Part shown: piece after piece, positions 1 to 9,252 of the stretch
Layout of the letters: each line of letters begins with the position of its first letter
Numbering within the stretch: the first letter of the stretch is position 1
Assembly (NCBI GenBank): GCA_963740935.1
Contig: CAVUFX010000006.1
Coordinates: 982,554-1,046,553 of the forward strand
Source: an uncultured Actinomycetota bacterium
Lineage (GTDB): Bacteria > Actinomycetota > Actinomycetes > Propionibacteriales > Nocardioidaceae
Direction of reading: 5' to 3'
DNA: 64,000 bases
Notes under the pieces: model-generated
The model's input: only the letters and a program-made list of their open reading frames with translations
Told to the model about the DNA's origin: nothing
The model's database searches: none
Made by a program: the position numbers and the translations under genes

Positions 1-81
1 GGCGCCCGGCGGGTCGTCGGCCCCGCACCCGGTGAGCAGGAGGGCGGCGGCGAGCGTGAGCGCGGCGGCGCGAGCAGCCAT
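1..81 (-). CDS. 5' end of a lipoprotein gene running off the left edge
   Basis: ATG at 81 preceded by AGGAGG; translates MAARAAALTLAAALLLTGCGADDPPGA with hydrophobic stretch and lipobox LTGC. Not in ORF track because there is no stop in the window. Confidence 0.7.
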   Translation of the reverse strand, partial: MAARAAALTLAAALLLTGCGADDPPGA

Positions 82-178
82 GACGGGCCACCTCCTGGTC
101 GGCGGGCCCGGTCGACGAGGCGGTCGGCGGGCGTGGTCGGCCACATCGAACCACAGCGGAGCCGTGCCCGGGGGCGCA

Positions 179-1066
179 TCACGCGTGCTGGGCGTCGCCC
201 TCCAGCACGCTCAGCAGGGCCCAGGTGACCACGGCCGCGATCACGGCCGCGCCCAGCAGGTGGATCCCGACCAGGATCTCGGGCAGGTCGGTGAAGTACT
301 GCACGAAGCCGATCAGCCCCTGCGCGAGCTCCACCCCCAGCAGCCAGGCCACGGCGCGGCGCGGGCCGCGGCCGGCGCCGGTGGCCGAGAGGGCCAGCAG
401 CAGCCCGATCGTCAGGCCGACGAGGAGGAACACCACGTCGGCGTGCAGCTGGGAGAGCTGCAGCGGGTCGAGCCCGTTGCGGGGCACGTCGATGTCGCCC
501 GCGTGGGGTCCGGACCCGGTGACGACGGTCCCGACGTAGAGCACCACCCACGACACGGCGTACGTCGCCCAGGCCAGCGCGGCGAGCCCGCGCGGTGCCG
601 GTCGGCGCTCGGGGCGGGCCCGGTCGATGCGCCACAGGTAGAGCACGGCCACGCTGATCATCGCCAGCGAGAGCAGCAGGTGCACCGAGACCAGCCACGG
701 GTTGAGGTCGGTCAGCACCGTGATGCCGCCCACGACCGCCTGGCCGGGCACGCCCAGCGCCAGCACGAGCGCGAGGACCCGCAGCACGCGTCGCCGCGAC
801 TGCCAGGCGCTGACCAGCGTCGCGATCGCGATCGCGGCGAGCACGAAGGTCAGCAGCCGGTTGCCGAACTCGATGGCACCGTGCAGCCCCAGCTCGCCGT
901 GCGCCCGGAACGACTCGTCGGTGCAGCGTGGCCAGGTGGGACAGCCCAGACCGCTGGCGGTCAGCCGGACGGCGCCGCCGGTCACCACGATGCCGATGTT
1001 GGCGACCAGGCTGGCCCAGCCGAGCCGTCGCAGCCAGTCGCGGTCACCGAGCCTGCGGAGGTGCAC
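179..1066 (-). CDS. ctaA: Heme A synthase (COX15/CtaA family)
   Basis: GGAVRLTASGLGCPTWPRC, IEFGNR and HLL/HA motifs, multiple TM helices; GTG at 1066 just after the upstream stop (1069-1071). Confidence 0.85.
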   Translation of the reverse strand: MHLRRLGDRDWLRRLGWASLVANIGIVVTGGAVRLTASGLGCPTWPRCTDESFRAHGELGLHGAIEFGNRLLTFVLAAIAIATLVSAWQSRRRVLRVLALVLALGVPGQAVVGGITVLTDLNPWLVSVHLLLSLAMISVAVLYLWRIDRARPERRPAPRGLAALAWATYAVSWVVLYVGTVVTGSGPHAGDIDVPRNGLDPLQLSQLHADVVFLLVGLTIGLLLALSATGAGRGPRRAVAWLLGVELAQGLIGFVQYFTDLPEILVGIHLLGAAVIAAVVTWALLSVLEGDAQHA

Positions 1067-1068
1067 GC

Positions 1069-1836
1069 CTACTCCCACTTGAAGGTCCTCGCGGTCAGGG
1101 CCGCCCCGACGACGGCCCAGGCGGCCAGCACCAGCCACGCCCCCCAGGCTGCCTGGCCCGTCCAGAGCGCGCTGCGCAGCGCGTCGCCCAGGGCGCCCGA
1201 GGGCAGCAGCCGGGTGAGCGCCCCGGCCGCGCCGTACGCCGAGGACGGCAGCACCACGGCGCCGCCGGCCAGCAGCAGCAGGTAGACCAGGTTGGCGGCG
1301 GCCAGGGTGGCCTCCGCGCGGAGCACCCCGGCCACGAACAGGCCGAGGGAGGCGAAGGCAGCGGTGCCGAGCACGGCGCTGACCAGGGCCGCCGGCAGCG
1401 CCGGGTCGGGCCGCCAGCCGAACGCCAGGGCCACTCCGGAGATCACGACCGCCTGGACCGCCTGCACGAGCAGCAGCGCCAGCACCTTGCCGAGGAGCAG
1501 CCCGGTGCGGGGGAGCGGCGAGGCCCCCAGCCGCTTGATGACGCCGTAGCGGCGCTCGAAGCCGGTGGCGATGGCCAGCGACGTGAACGACGTCGACATC
1601 ACGGCCAGGGCCAGGACGCCGGGGGTGAACTCGTCGACCGCGGGCCGCGACAGGTCCAGGCCGATCCGGTCGGCCCCGAGGACCGCCCCGACGAGGACCA
1701 CGACCGGGATCACCACGGCCAGCAGCAGCTGCTCGCCGTTGCGCAGCAGCAGCCGGGTCTCCATGCCCGCCTGGGCGAGCACCTGGGCGCCGAGCGGAGC
1801 GCCTCCGGGGCGGGGGCTCAGGTCGAGCGCGGTCAC
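1069..1836 (-). CDS. ABC-2 type transporter permease
   Basis: LLLRNGEQLLL, TSLAIATGFERRYGVIKRLGASPL, six TM segments; GTG at 1836 overlaps the ATPase stop (GTGA). Confidence 0.9.
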   Translation of the reverse strand: MTALDLSPRPGGAPLGAQVLAQAGMETRLLLRNGEQLLLAVVIPVVVLVGAVLGADRIGLDLSRPAVDEFTPGVLALAVMSTSFTSLAIATGFERRYGVIKRLGASPLPRTGLLLGKVLALLLVQAVQAVVISGVALAFGWRPDPALPAALVSAVLGTAAFASLGLFVAGVLRAEATLAAANLVYLLLLAGGAVVLPSSAYGAAGALTRLLPSGALGDALRSALWTGQAAWGAWLVLAAWAVVGAALTARTFKWE

Positions 1837-2771
1837 GACAGGCCCCGTCCGGTCAGCTCGAGGAAGACGTCCTCGAGGGTGCGCTGGCCCAGGTTGAGCG
1901 ACTCGGGCAGCACCCCCTGCTGCTCGCACCAGGCCGACACGACCGCCAGCGTGGTGCTGTCGGCGGGACCGGTGATGAGCAGGCTGACCTCGCTGATCGT
2001 GGTGACCTCGAGGTGGCCGCCGAGCGAGGCCTGGAGCGAGTCCGGGGCACCGGCGGGGAACGGCTTGGTCACCACCAGGCGGATCGTCGAGGTGCCGCCG
2101 CGGGTGAGCTCGAGCGGGGTGCCGCCGGCGATGACGCGACCGCGGTCGATGATGTGGATCCGGTCGGCGAGGCGCTCGGCCTCGTCCATGTGGTGGGTGG
2201 TGAGCACCACGGTGACGCCGTCGGTGCGCAGCTGCCGCAGCAGCTCCCACGTCGTACGCCGGGCGGCGGGGTCCATGCCCGCGGTGGGCTCGTCGACGAA
2301 GACCAGCTCGGGGCGCCCGACCAGGGCGAGCGCGAGCTTGAGCCGCTGCTGCTGCCCGCCGGAGAGCCGCCGGTAGGGGGTGCGGCCGCAGTCCTCGAGC
2401 CCGAGCCGCTCCGCCAGGGCGTCGACGTCGAGCGGGTGGGCGTGCAGCCGGGAGACGTGCCGCAGCATCTCCATGGCGCGTACGCCGGACCAGGCGCCGC
2501 CGTCCTGGAGCATGACGCCGATGCGGGGCAGGAGCGCCCGGCGCTCGCGCTGCGGGTCCAGGCCGAGCACCCGCACGATGCCCTGCTGCGGGACGCGGTA
2601 GCCCTCGCAGGTCTCCAGCGTCGTGGTCTTGCCGGCACCGTTGGGGCCCAGCACCGCGGTGATGGTGCCGCGCTCGACGCGCAGGTCGAGGTGGTCGACG
2701 GCCGTCTTCTCGGCGTACCGCATCACCAGTCCCGAGACCTCCACGGCAGCGGAGGAGGAGGTGTCGGGCAC
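1833..2771 (-). CDS. ABC transporter ATP-binding protein
   Basis: Walker A GPNGAGKTT, signature LSGGQ, Walker B VFVDEPT; start GTG 2771 chosen from a TAGACT -10 7 nt upstream. Confidence 0.9.
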   Translation of the reverse strand: MPDTSSSAAVEVSGLVMRYAEKTAVDHLDLRVERGTITAVLGPNGAGKTTTLETCEGYRVPQQGIVRVLGLDPQRERRALLPRIGVMLQDGGAWSGVRAMEMLRHVSRLHAHPLDVDALAERLGLEDCGRTPYRRLSGGQQQRLKLALALVGRPELVFVDEPTAGMDPAARRTTWELLRQLRTDGVTVVLTTHHMDEAERLADRIHIIDRGRVIAGGTPLELTRGGTSTIRLVVTKPFPAGAPDSLQASLGGHLEVTTISEVSLLITGPADSTTLAVVSAWCEQQGVLPESLNLGQRTLEDVFLELTGRGLS

Positions 2772-2803
2772 GGGGTGGAGTCTACGAACCGGGGCCGCGA
2801 GGT

Positions 2804-3316
2804 TCAGAGCAGACCCTTGACGTACGCCGCCTGGCCGAGGTGCTGCAGGCAGTCGCCGATCACGCTGACGAGCCGGACACCGGCCGTGACCGGCGGGTCC
2901 CAGGCGTCGTCGACGACCCGGTCGAGCTCCTGCGGCCCGGCGCCCGTCGCGGGATCGAGGCGGCGCAGGTAGGACAGCGTCCGTTCGTGGACGGCGGCGT
3001 GGTAGGCCACCAGCAGGTCGAGGTCGTCGACCCGCACCGCATCGACCTCCTCGGGGCCGTGCCCGTAGCCGAAGTCCACGAGGTCGAGCGGCAGGTCGAA
3101 CCGCGACGCCCAGCCCACCCACGCCTGCTCGTCGCCCGCGAGGCCGGCCACGTGGTCGTCCTGCACCCGGGCGGTGTGCCAGAGCAGCCACACGATCGGG
3201 TTGCCGCGGTCCAGCGGGCGGCGGTGGGCCGTCTCGAGGTCGAGGCCCTCGACGACGTCCACGACGAGCTCGTGGATGCGCCCGACGTGGTCGACGAGGA
3301 GCGCGTGGGTGTCCAT
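2804..3316 (-). CDS. DinB-superfamily / mycothiol transferase-like protein (DUF664-like)
   Basis: NPIVWLLWHTARVQDDH ... VRLVSVIGDCLQHLGQAAYVKG; own -10 (TAGCCT) 7 nt before ATG 3316. The ORF track wrongly fuses it to the upstream protease. Confidence 0.8.
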   Translation of the reverse strand: MDTHALLVDHVGRIHELVVDVVEGLDLETAHRRPLDRGNPIVWLLWHTARVQDDHVAGLAGDEQAWVGWASRFDLPLDLVDFGYGHGPEEVDAVRVDDLDLLVAYHAAVHERTLSYLRRLDPATGAGPQELDRVVDDAWDPPVTAGVRLVSVIGDCLQHLGQAAYVKGLL

Positions 3317-3357
3317 GTCCTCGAGGCTACGTGGGGGCTCGGTGAGGTGGTCCGGAC

Positions 3358-5735
3358 TCACGGCGTCGCCGTGGACCCGGTGGTCCCCGCACCCGCCCCG
3401 GTCCCGTCGGGGGCGGTCCCGGTGGACGGGGAGGTCGTCGCCGCGGGGGACGGCGCGGGGGCCGGCTTCCCGGTGGTGCCGCCCGTCGGGGTGGCGGTGG
3501 GCGAGGTAGGGCGAGGAGGGCGACGAGGTCCCCGGTGCACCCGGGGCGGGCGACGACGTGGTGCTGGGGGAGGTGGAGGTGGTGGCGGGCGACGGCGACG
3601 GGGCGGTGCTGGCGGCGGTCGCGTCGGCGACCGGCGGCGCGCTGCCGAGGATGTCGACGATCTCGGCCTTGAAGCCCTCGAGCCGTGCCGCGACCTCCGC
3701 GAGCGGGTAGGAGGTGATGGTCCGGCCGAGCTCGATCAGCCGGCCCCACACCTCGCCGAGGGCGAGCAGCTGCTCCTCGCCCGGCTCGCTGCCCACCGAG
3801 AGGACCAGCTGGTTGGCGATGGCAGCGGTGATGCAGCGGTAGCAGTCGTAGTTGGCGGCGACGGCGAGGTTCTGCGGCACGATGACGCGCGCGTCGTCCA
3901 TCACCAGGACGACCTGGAAGGCCACCGCGACGGTCACGCAGCGGGAGCACGAGGCGTACGCGCGGGCCTCGTTGACCTGCAGCACCTCGTCGCCCTCGGC
4001 CCACACCAGGGCGAACGCGACGTCGTAGGAGACGCTGTCGTCGCGGGTGTTGACGGCCAGGGCCTGGTTGTCGCCCTCGGACGGCGGGAGCGGCCGGTCG
4101 AACGGGAACACCCAGGGCTCCTCGGCGCCGTCGCCCCCGGTCGCAGCGCCGTCCGCCCCGTCGGTGGGGACGAGCACCATCGCGAGCCGCGGCTCCGCCC
4201 TGGTGGGCAACCGCTCGCCCTTCGCGAAGGTCGCGGCCAGGGGGTCGGAGCCGGACAGGCGCCGCTCGGCGGCGGCACCTGTCACCGAGGCCGAGGCGGC
4301 CGGGGCGGCCTCGACGGCCGGGCCCGCCGCGGCGCCGGGCAGGGCCGCGGTCAGCAGGCCCTTCTCGTCGGGTCCGACGGGGCGGTAGGCGCCCGGGCGC
4401 GGGGCCCAGGCGAAGGACAGGAAGACCGCCACGGTGGCCACCAGCGCCACGGCGGCGACCCGGCGGGTGACCGAGCCGCGGCTCCAGGCCACCAGACCGG
4501 TGCCCCACCGCAGCACGAGGCGACCGAGGATCATCGCGCCGGCCACGACGGGGAGGACCACGGCCAGCACCTGGACCACCTGCGCCGCGACGTCGATCGG
4601 CTCGCCCCGGTCCCAGGCGCCGCTGACGGCCGAGGTGCCCTCGCCCAGCGCGGCCCAGGCGGAGCCGACCAGCCGGGGGAAGACCTTCACGAGCGTGAGC
4701 AGCATGAAGGCCATCAGCGGCACGGTGACGAGCACCCAGGCCGTGATCACGACGCGGGCCCAGGGCTTCAGGACGCGGTTCTCCTCGTCGCGCCAGCGGT
4801 GGGGCAGCAGCCCCAGGAGCGTGGGCCGGATGCGCTGGTAGAGGTCCGGGACGCCGGTGAGGTCGGCGAGGACGTGGTAGCCGTCGAAGCGCAGCAGCGG
4901 CATCAGCTGCTGCACCATCTGGAGGACCTGCGTCGCGACGAGGAGGAGCAGGGCGTCCCAGCCGGTGGCCCACCAGCCGACGAAGGTGAGCACCACCACG
5001 ACCGCGTTGAAGTAGAGCCCGCCCAGGTCGGTGCGCAGCCGACCGCCTCGCGGCAGCCGGTAGCTGTCGGTCACGTCGGTGTAGAAGGCGGGCCACACCA
5101 GGTAGATGCCGGCACCGATGACTCCCGGCACGGCGCCGCCGTAGCGGGCGGCGGCCGCGTGGCCGAACTCGTGGAACCCGCCCGAGAGCACGGTCACCAC
5201 GAACACGAGCAGGAGCAGGTGGGGACGCTGGAAGGCGTCGTACGCCGCCGGGGCCAGGCCGTGCCGGAAGAAGACCCAGCCGGTGACGGCCAGGAACGCC
5301 AGCACCACCGCGGCCGTCACGCCCGGGCGGAACAGGAACCGGAACGGGTCGGTGATCCTGCGTGTCGCCGCCGGGTCGGTGACCTTGAACCGCATCCTCA
5401 GGCCCAGCAGCGGGATCGGACCGCTTCAGGGCGGGTTCGCTCCCGTCGGCCAGCTTGAGCAGGCCGAGCGGTCGCAGCTGCTGGTCGACCAGCGTGGCGA
5501 CGACGTCCGGCGTCACCTCGCGGCGTACCGCCTCCCGGACGCGTGCGGCCACCTCCTCGGGGCTGCGGTGCCCGTCGATGGCGTCGAGGACGGCGTACAG
5601 CAGGGGGGTGAGCTGGAGCGTCTGGCCGTCGCCGCGCCTGACCAGCGCCGGTGGGGTCCGGTAGCCGGACCCCACCATGGTGCCGAGGAGCTGGAGGCCG
5701 TCGGCGCGCGCCGGCGCGTCGACGAGCGCGGTCAC
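3358..5735 (-). CDS. M50 (site-2-type) intramembrane zinc metalloprotease with N-terminal PqqD/RRE-like domain, C-terminal CxxC beta-domain and S/T/P tail; two apparent +1 frameshifts (~5413, ~3510)
   Basis: HEFGH (5159-5173), IYLVWPAFYTDVTDSY, PLLRFDGY; N-terminus LTPLLYAVLDAIDGHRSPEEVAARV...LRPLGLL resembles the PqqD winged helix. Frames join as SDP-LLGLRMRF and SSP-TSPTATP...stop 3358 if one base is removed at each site. Confidence 0.8.
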
Positions 5736-6714
5736 GGTGCGGTGGTGCTCGTGCCCTGGTCGGCGGTGCCGGACGCCGCCTCGGTGCCGTCGGCCGAGGC
5801 CGTGTCGGTGTCCGTCGGCTCGGTCGAGCCCTGGTCGATGGCCGAGGTCTGCTCCGAGGTCGCCTCGGCCGAGCCGGTGACCGACTGGGTGATGATCGCG
5901 TCCTGCTGGGCCAGGGCCGTGGCCTCGGAGTTCTCCGAGAGGATGTTCGCCGCCACCGAGGCGTCGATCGGGGCCGCGACGTTGGCGTTGGCCGCGACCG
6001 CACCGTTGATCGGGGCCGCCAGGTCGGCGTCCAGGTCGACGTTGACGTCCACGTTGAGCAGGTCGCCCTCGAGCAGGTCGCCGGTGTCGAGCTGGTCCAG
6101 GGGGTCGGTGACGCCGTCGCCGACCCCGCCCACCTGGCCGACGAGGTTGCCGGCGTCGTCGAGCACCTGGCCGGTGAGCGGGTCGAGCGACCCCACGACG
6201 TTGCCCGCGGTGTCGACCACGTCGCCGGTCGCACCGTCGAGCACGCCGACGACGTTGCCCGCGGAGTCGAGCACCTGGGTGCCGTCGACGGGGCCGGCAG
6301 CAGCGGCGGTGGCGGCGTCCGCGGCGTCGGGCGGCCGGCGGTCGCGTCGTCGACCGCGCCGGGCGTCCCGGTCGTGCCGGGCGTGACGGTGTCGGACTGG
6401 TCGATGGTGCTGTCCTGGATCCCGGTCGCGGACGCGTCGGCGTCGATGGTCTGCGTGATCTGCACGCCCTGGTCGGCCAACGCCTGGGACGTCGAGCCGT
6501 CGGAGAGCAGGTTGGCGCTCACGGCGGCGTCGATGGGCGCGGCCACGTTGGCGTTCAGCGCGACGGCGAGGTCGATGGGCGCGGCGCCGTCGATGGCGAG
6601 GTCCACGTCGGCGGCGAGGTCGAGGATCGAGACGACCTCCTTGTCCGGAAGCGCCGTCACCCCCTCGGAGGCGAGGTCCTCGGCGGTGATGGGGGCGTAC
6701 TCGTCGGTGCTCAT
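5732..6714 (-). CDS. Acidic Asn/Gln-ladder repeat protein with leader-like N-terminus (about 327 aa after repairing a 1-nt deletion at ~6335)
   Basis: ATG 6714 with GAGAGGAAG RBS; MSTDEYAPITAEDLASEGVTALPDKEVVS, then two 77-aa repeats; the stop overlaps the protease start (GTGA). Confidence 0.75.
5831..6627 (-). repeat. Two colinear 77-aa repeats (6397-6627 and 5831-6061) flanking three ~18-aa D-x-AGN-V/L-VG repeats (6123-6280)
   Basis: Manual ungapped alignment gives 43/77 identical residues; the core NANVAAPIDA is identical in both copies. Confidence 0.9.
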
Positions 6715-6919
6715 GGTGCTTCCTCTCCCTGTCCCGCCCGACGTGTGATGCCGAGCGGGAGACGATGTCATCCCGGCGCCGTGTCCGGCCGCTGCGTGTC
6801 CTGGAGGAGACGCGTCGACCGGTGGGTGATGACGCCGGTGCGGCGTGTCTACCCGACCGGACCGGGATCCACACCCGATTCCCAGGTTCCGGGACGGTGC
6901 CGGCCTGGTAAGGCGAGCC

Positions 6920-6970
6920 TTATTTGAAAGGCCCCCACCATTAAGAGCACACTTGCGTTGTGGAAATCCC
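6920..6970 (+). promoter_or_regulatory. AT-rich promoter of the suf operon, possible SufR autoregulatory site
   Basis: Local AT-rich tract; CACACT hexamer 6 nt before the GTG; only a weak ATT...AAT dyad. Confidence 0.35.
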
Positions 6971-7718
6971 GACCCAGACCCCCGCACCCGGCGCCACCGG
7001 CGTCGTGGAGGGGCACGACCGGCCGACGCGTGAGCGCGTCGCCCGCTCGATCCTGGACAACGGACCCTCCACCGCCGCCGTGCTGGCCCAGCGGCTCGGG
7101 CTGACCCCGGCCGCCGTGCGCCGCCACCTCGACCTGCTGATCGAGGAGGGCACCCTGGAGTCGCGGGAGGCCCGCAACGTCGGCGCTCGTGGCCGTGGCC
7201 GCCCGGCGAAGGCGTTCGCCCTCACCGAGACCGGCCGCGACCGCTTCGACCAGGCCTACGACGACCTGGCCGTGCAGGCGATGCGCTTCCTGGCCGAGAC
7301 CGGCGGCGACCAGGCCGTCCGCGCCTTCGCCGAGCGCCGTGCCTCGCAGATCGAGCGACGCTTCGCCGACCTCAGCGACGCGCACCCCGAGCTGGTGGCC
7401 ACCGAGGCGCTGGCGCGGGTGCTGTCCGAGGACGGGTACGCCGCCGCGGTCCGCGAGGTGCCCGTGGGGGAGCAGCTGTGCCAGCAGCACTGCCCCGTCT
7501 CCCACGTGGCCCACGAGTTCCCGCAGCTGTGCGAGGCCGAGACCGAGGCCATCGGCCGCATGCTCGGGCGCCACGTCCAGCGACTGGCGACCATCGCCCA
7601 CGGCGACGGCGTCTGCACCACCTGCATCCCCGCGACGCCCGGCACCTCCGGTGCCGCCGGCGTCGGCACCACGACCGGATCCACCCCCGCTCCCCAAGGC
7701 AAGGAGATCGTCAGATGA
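6960..7718 (+). CDS. sufR: SUF regulator SufR (HTH + Fe-S-binding Cys)
   Basis: [30 protein letters not shown]...LCEAE...HGDGVCTT; first gene of the suf operon. Confidence 0.9.
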   Translation: MEIPTQTPAPGATGVVEGHDRPTRERVARSILDNGPSTAAVLAQRLGLTPAAVRRHLDLLIEEGTLESREARNVGARGRGRPAKAFALTETGRDRFDQAYDDLAVQAMRFLAETGGDQAVRAFAERRASQIERRFADLSDAHPELVATEALARVLSEDGYAAAVREVPVGEQLCQQHCPVSHVAHEFPQLCEAETEAIGRMLGRHVQRLATIAHGDGVCTTCIPATPGTSGAAGVGTTTGSTPAPQGKEIVR

Positions 7719-9133
7719 CGTCCATCGAGGAGCTCAACCCCGAGCTCAAGGGCATCGGCCGCTACGAGTTCGGCTGGTCCGACAAGAACGACGTCGGCGC
7801 CAACGCGACCCGTGGACTCAACGAGGACGTGGTGCGCAACATCTCCACGCTCAAGAGCGAGCCGCAGTGGATGCTCGACCTGCGCCTGAAGGGCCTCAAG
7901 CTCTTCGGCCGCAAGCCGATGCCGACCTGGGGCTCGGACCTCAACGGCATCGACTTCGACAACATCAAGTACTTCGTGCGGTCCACCGAGAAGCAGGCCC
8001 AGACCTGGGACGACCTGCCCGAGGACATCAAGAACACCTACGACAAGCTCGGCATCCCCGAGGCCGAGAAGGCCCGTCTGGTCTCCGGTGTCGCCGCGCA
8101 GTACGAGTCCGAGGTCGTCTACCACGCGATCAACGAGGAGCTCGAGGCCCAGGGCGTGCTGTTCCTGGACACCGACACCGCGCTCAAGGAGCACCCCGAG
8201 CTCTTCGCGGAGTACTTCGGCACCGTCATCCCCGTCGGTGACAACAAGTTCTCCGCGCTCAACTCCGCGGTGTGGTCCGGTGGCTCGTTCATCTACGTGC
8301 CCAAGGGCGTCCACGTCGAGATCCCGCTGCAGGCCTACTTCCGGATCAACACCGAGAACATGGGCCAGTTCGAGCGCACGCTGATCATCGCCGACGAGGG
8401 CTCCTACGTGCACTACGTCGAGGGCTGCACCGCGCCGATCTACTCCTCGGACTCGCTGCACTCCGCCGTGGTCGAGATCATCGTCAAGAAGAACGCCCGG
8501 GTGCGCTACACGACCATCCAGAACTGGTCGAACAACGTCTACAACCTGGTGACCAAGCGCGCGACCTGCGAGGCCGGCGCCACCATGGAGTGGGTCGACG
8601 GCAACATCGGCTCCAAGGTGACGATGAAGTACCCCGCCGTCTACCTGATGGGCGAGCACGCCAAGGGCGAGACGCTCTCGATCGCGTTCGCCGGCGAGGG
8701 CCAGCACCAGGACGCCGGCGCCAAGATGGTCCACGCCGCGCCCAACACCTCCAGCTCGATCCTGAGCAAGTCGGTGGCGCGTGGCGGCGGCCGGACGTCC
8801 TACCGCGGCCTGATCCAGGTCAACGAGGGCGCCCACGGCTCCAAGAGCAACGTCCTGTGCGACGCGCTCCTGGTCGACCAGATCAGCCGCTCCGACACCT
8901 ACCCCTACGTCGACATCCGCGAGGACGACGTCTCGATGGGGCACGAGGCCAGCGTCTCCAAGGTCTCCGACGACCAGCTCTTCTACCTGATGTCGCGCGG
9001 CATGGAGGAGGACGAGGCCATGGCGATGATCGTGCGCGGCTTCGTCGAGCCCATCGCCAAGGAGCTGCCCATGGAGTACGCCCTCGAGCTCAACCGGCTG
9101 ATCGAACTCCAAATGGAGGGTGCAGTCGGCTGA
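7715..9133 (+). CDS. sufB: Fe-S cluster assembly protein SufB
   Basis: [29 protein letters not shown] motifs; ATG overlaps the sufR stop. Confidence 0.97.
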   Translation: MTSIEELNPELKGIGRYEFGWSDKNDVGANATRGLNEDVVRNISTLKSEPQWMLDLRLKGLKLFGRKPMPTWGSDLNGIDFDNIKYFVRSTEKQAQTWDDLPEDIKNTYDKLGIPEAEKARLVSGVAAQYESEVVYHAINEELEAQGVLFLDTDTALKEHPELFAEYFGTVIPVGDNKFSALNSAVWSGGSFIYVPKGVHVEIPLQAYFRINTENMGQFERTLIIADEGSYVHYVEGCTAPIYSSDSLHSAVVEIIVKKNARVRYTTIQNWSNNVYNLVTKRATCEAGATMEWVDGNIGSKVTMKYPAVYLMGEHAKGETLSIAFAGEGQHQDAGAKMVHAAPNTSSSILSKSVARGGGRTSYRGLIQVNEGAHGSKSNVLCDALLVDQISRSDTYPYVDIREDDVSMGHEASVSKVSDDQLFYLMSRGMEEDEAMAMIVRGFVEPIAKELPMEYALELNRLIELQMEGAVG

Positions 9134-9252
9134 GCCGGCGTAGCCGGCCCAGCCGACTGGTGGGGCTGCTCGTCCTCGCTGACGCTCGTCCTCGTCATGG
9201 TTGAGGCCCCCGGGGGTCTCACCGCTGCCACCGAACTACCTGGAAGAAGCTT

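Noticed and set aside
2804-5395. 863-aa ORF suggesting an M50 protease-DinB fusion
   Set aside because: The S/T/P tail continues in another frame after ~3510 to TGA 3358, and the DinB-like gene has its own -10 and ATG (3316); the fusion results from one extra base.
3327-5735. 802-aa ORF as an independent protein
   Set aside because: Only the first ~108 codons (PqqD-like domain) look coding; the rest is out-of-frame Arg/Pro/Gly-rich text over the M50 gene.
3358-6714. Classical RiPP antibiotic cluster
   Set aside because: No modifying enzyme or dedicated exporter in the unit, and the putative precursor is ~327 aa with no Cys; kept only as a RiPP-like leader/protease analogy.
9134-9252. Structured RNA in the 119-nt sufB-sufD gap
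   Set aside because: Only a short GCTCGTCCTCG duplication; no convincing stem or known motif.
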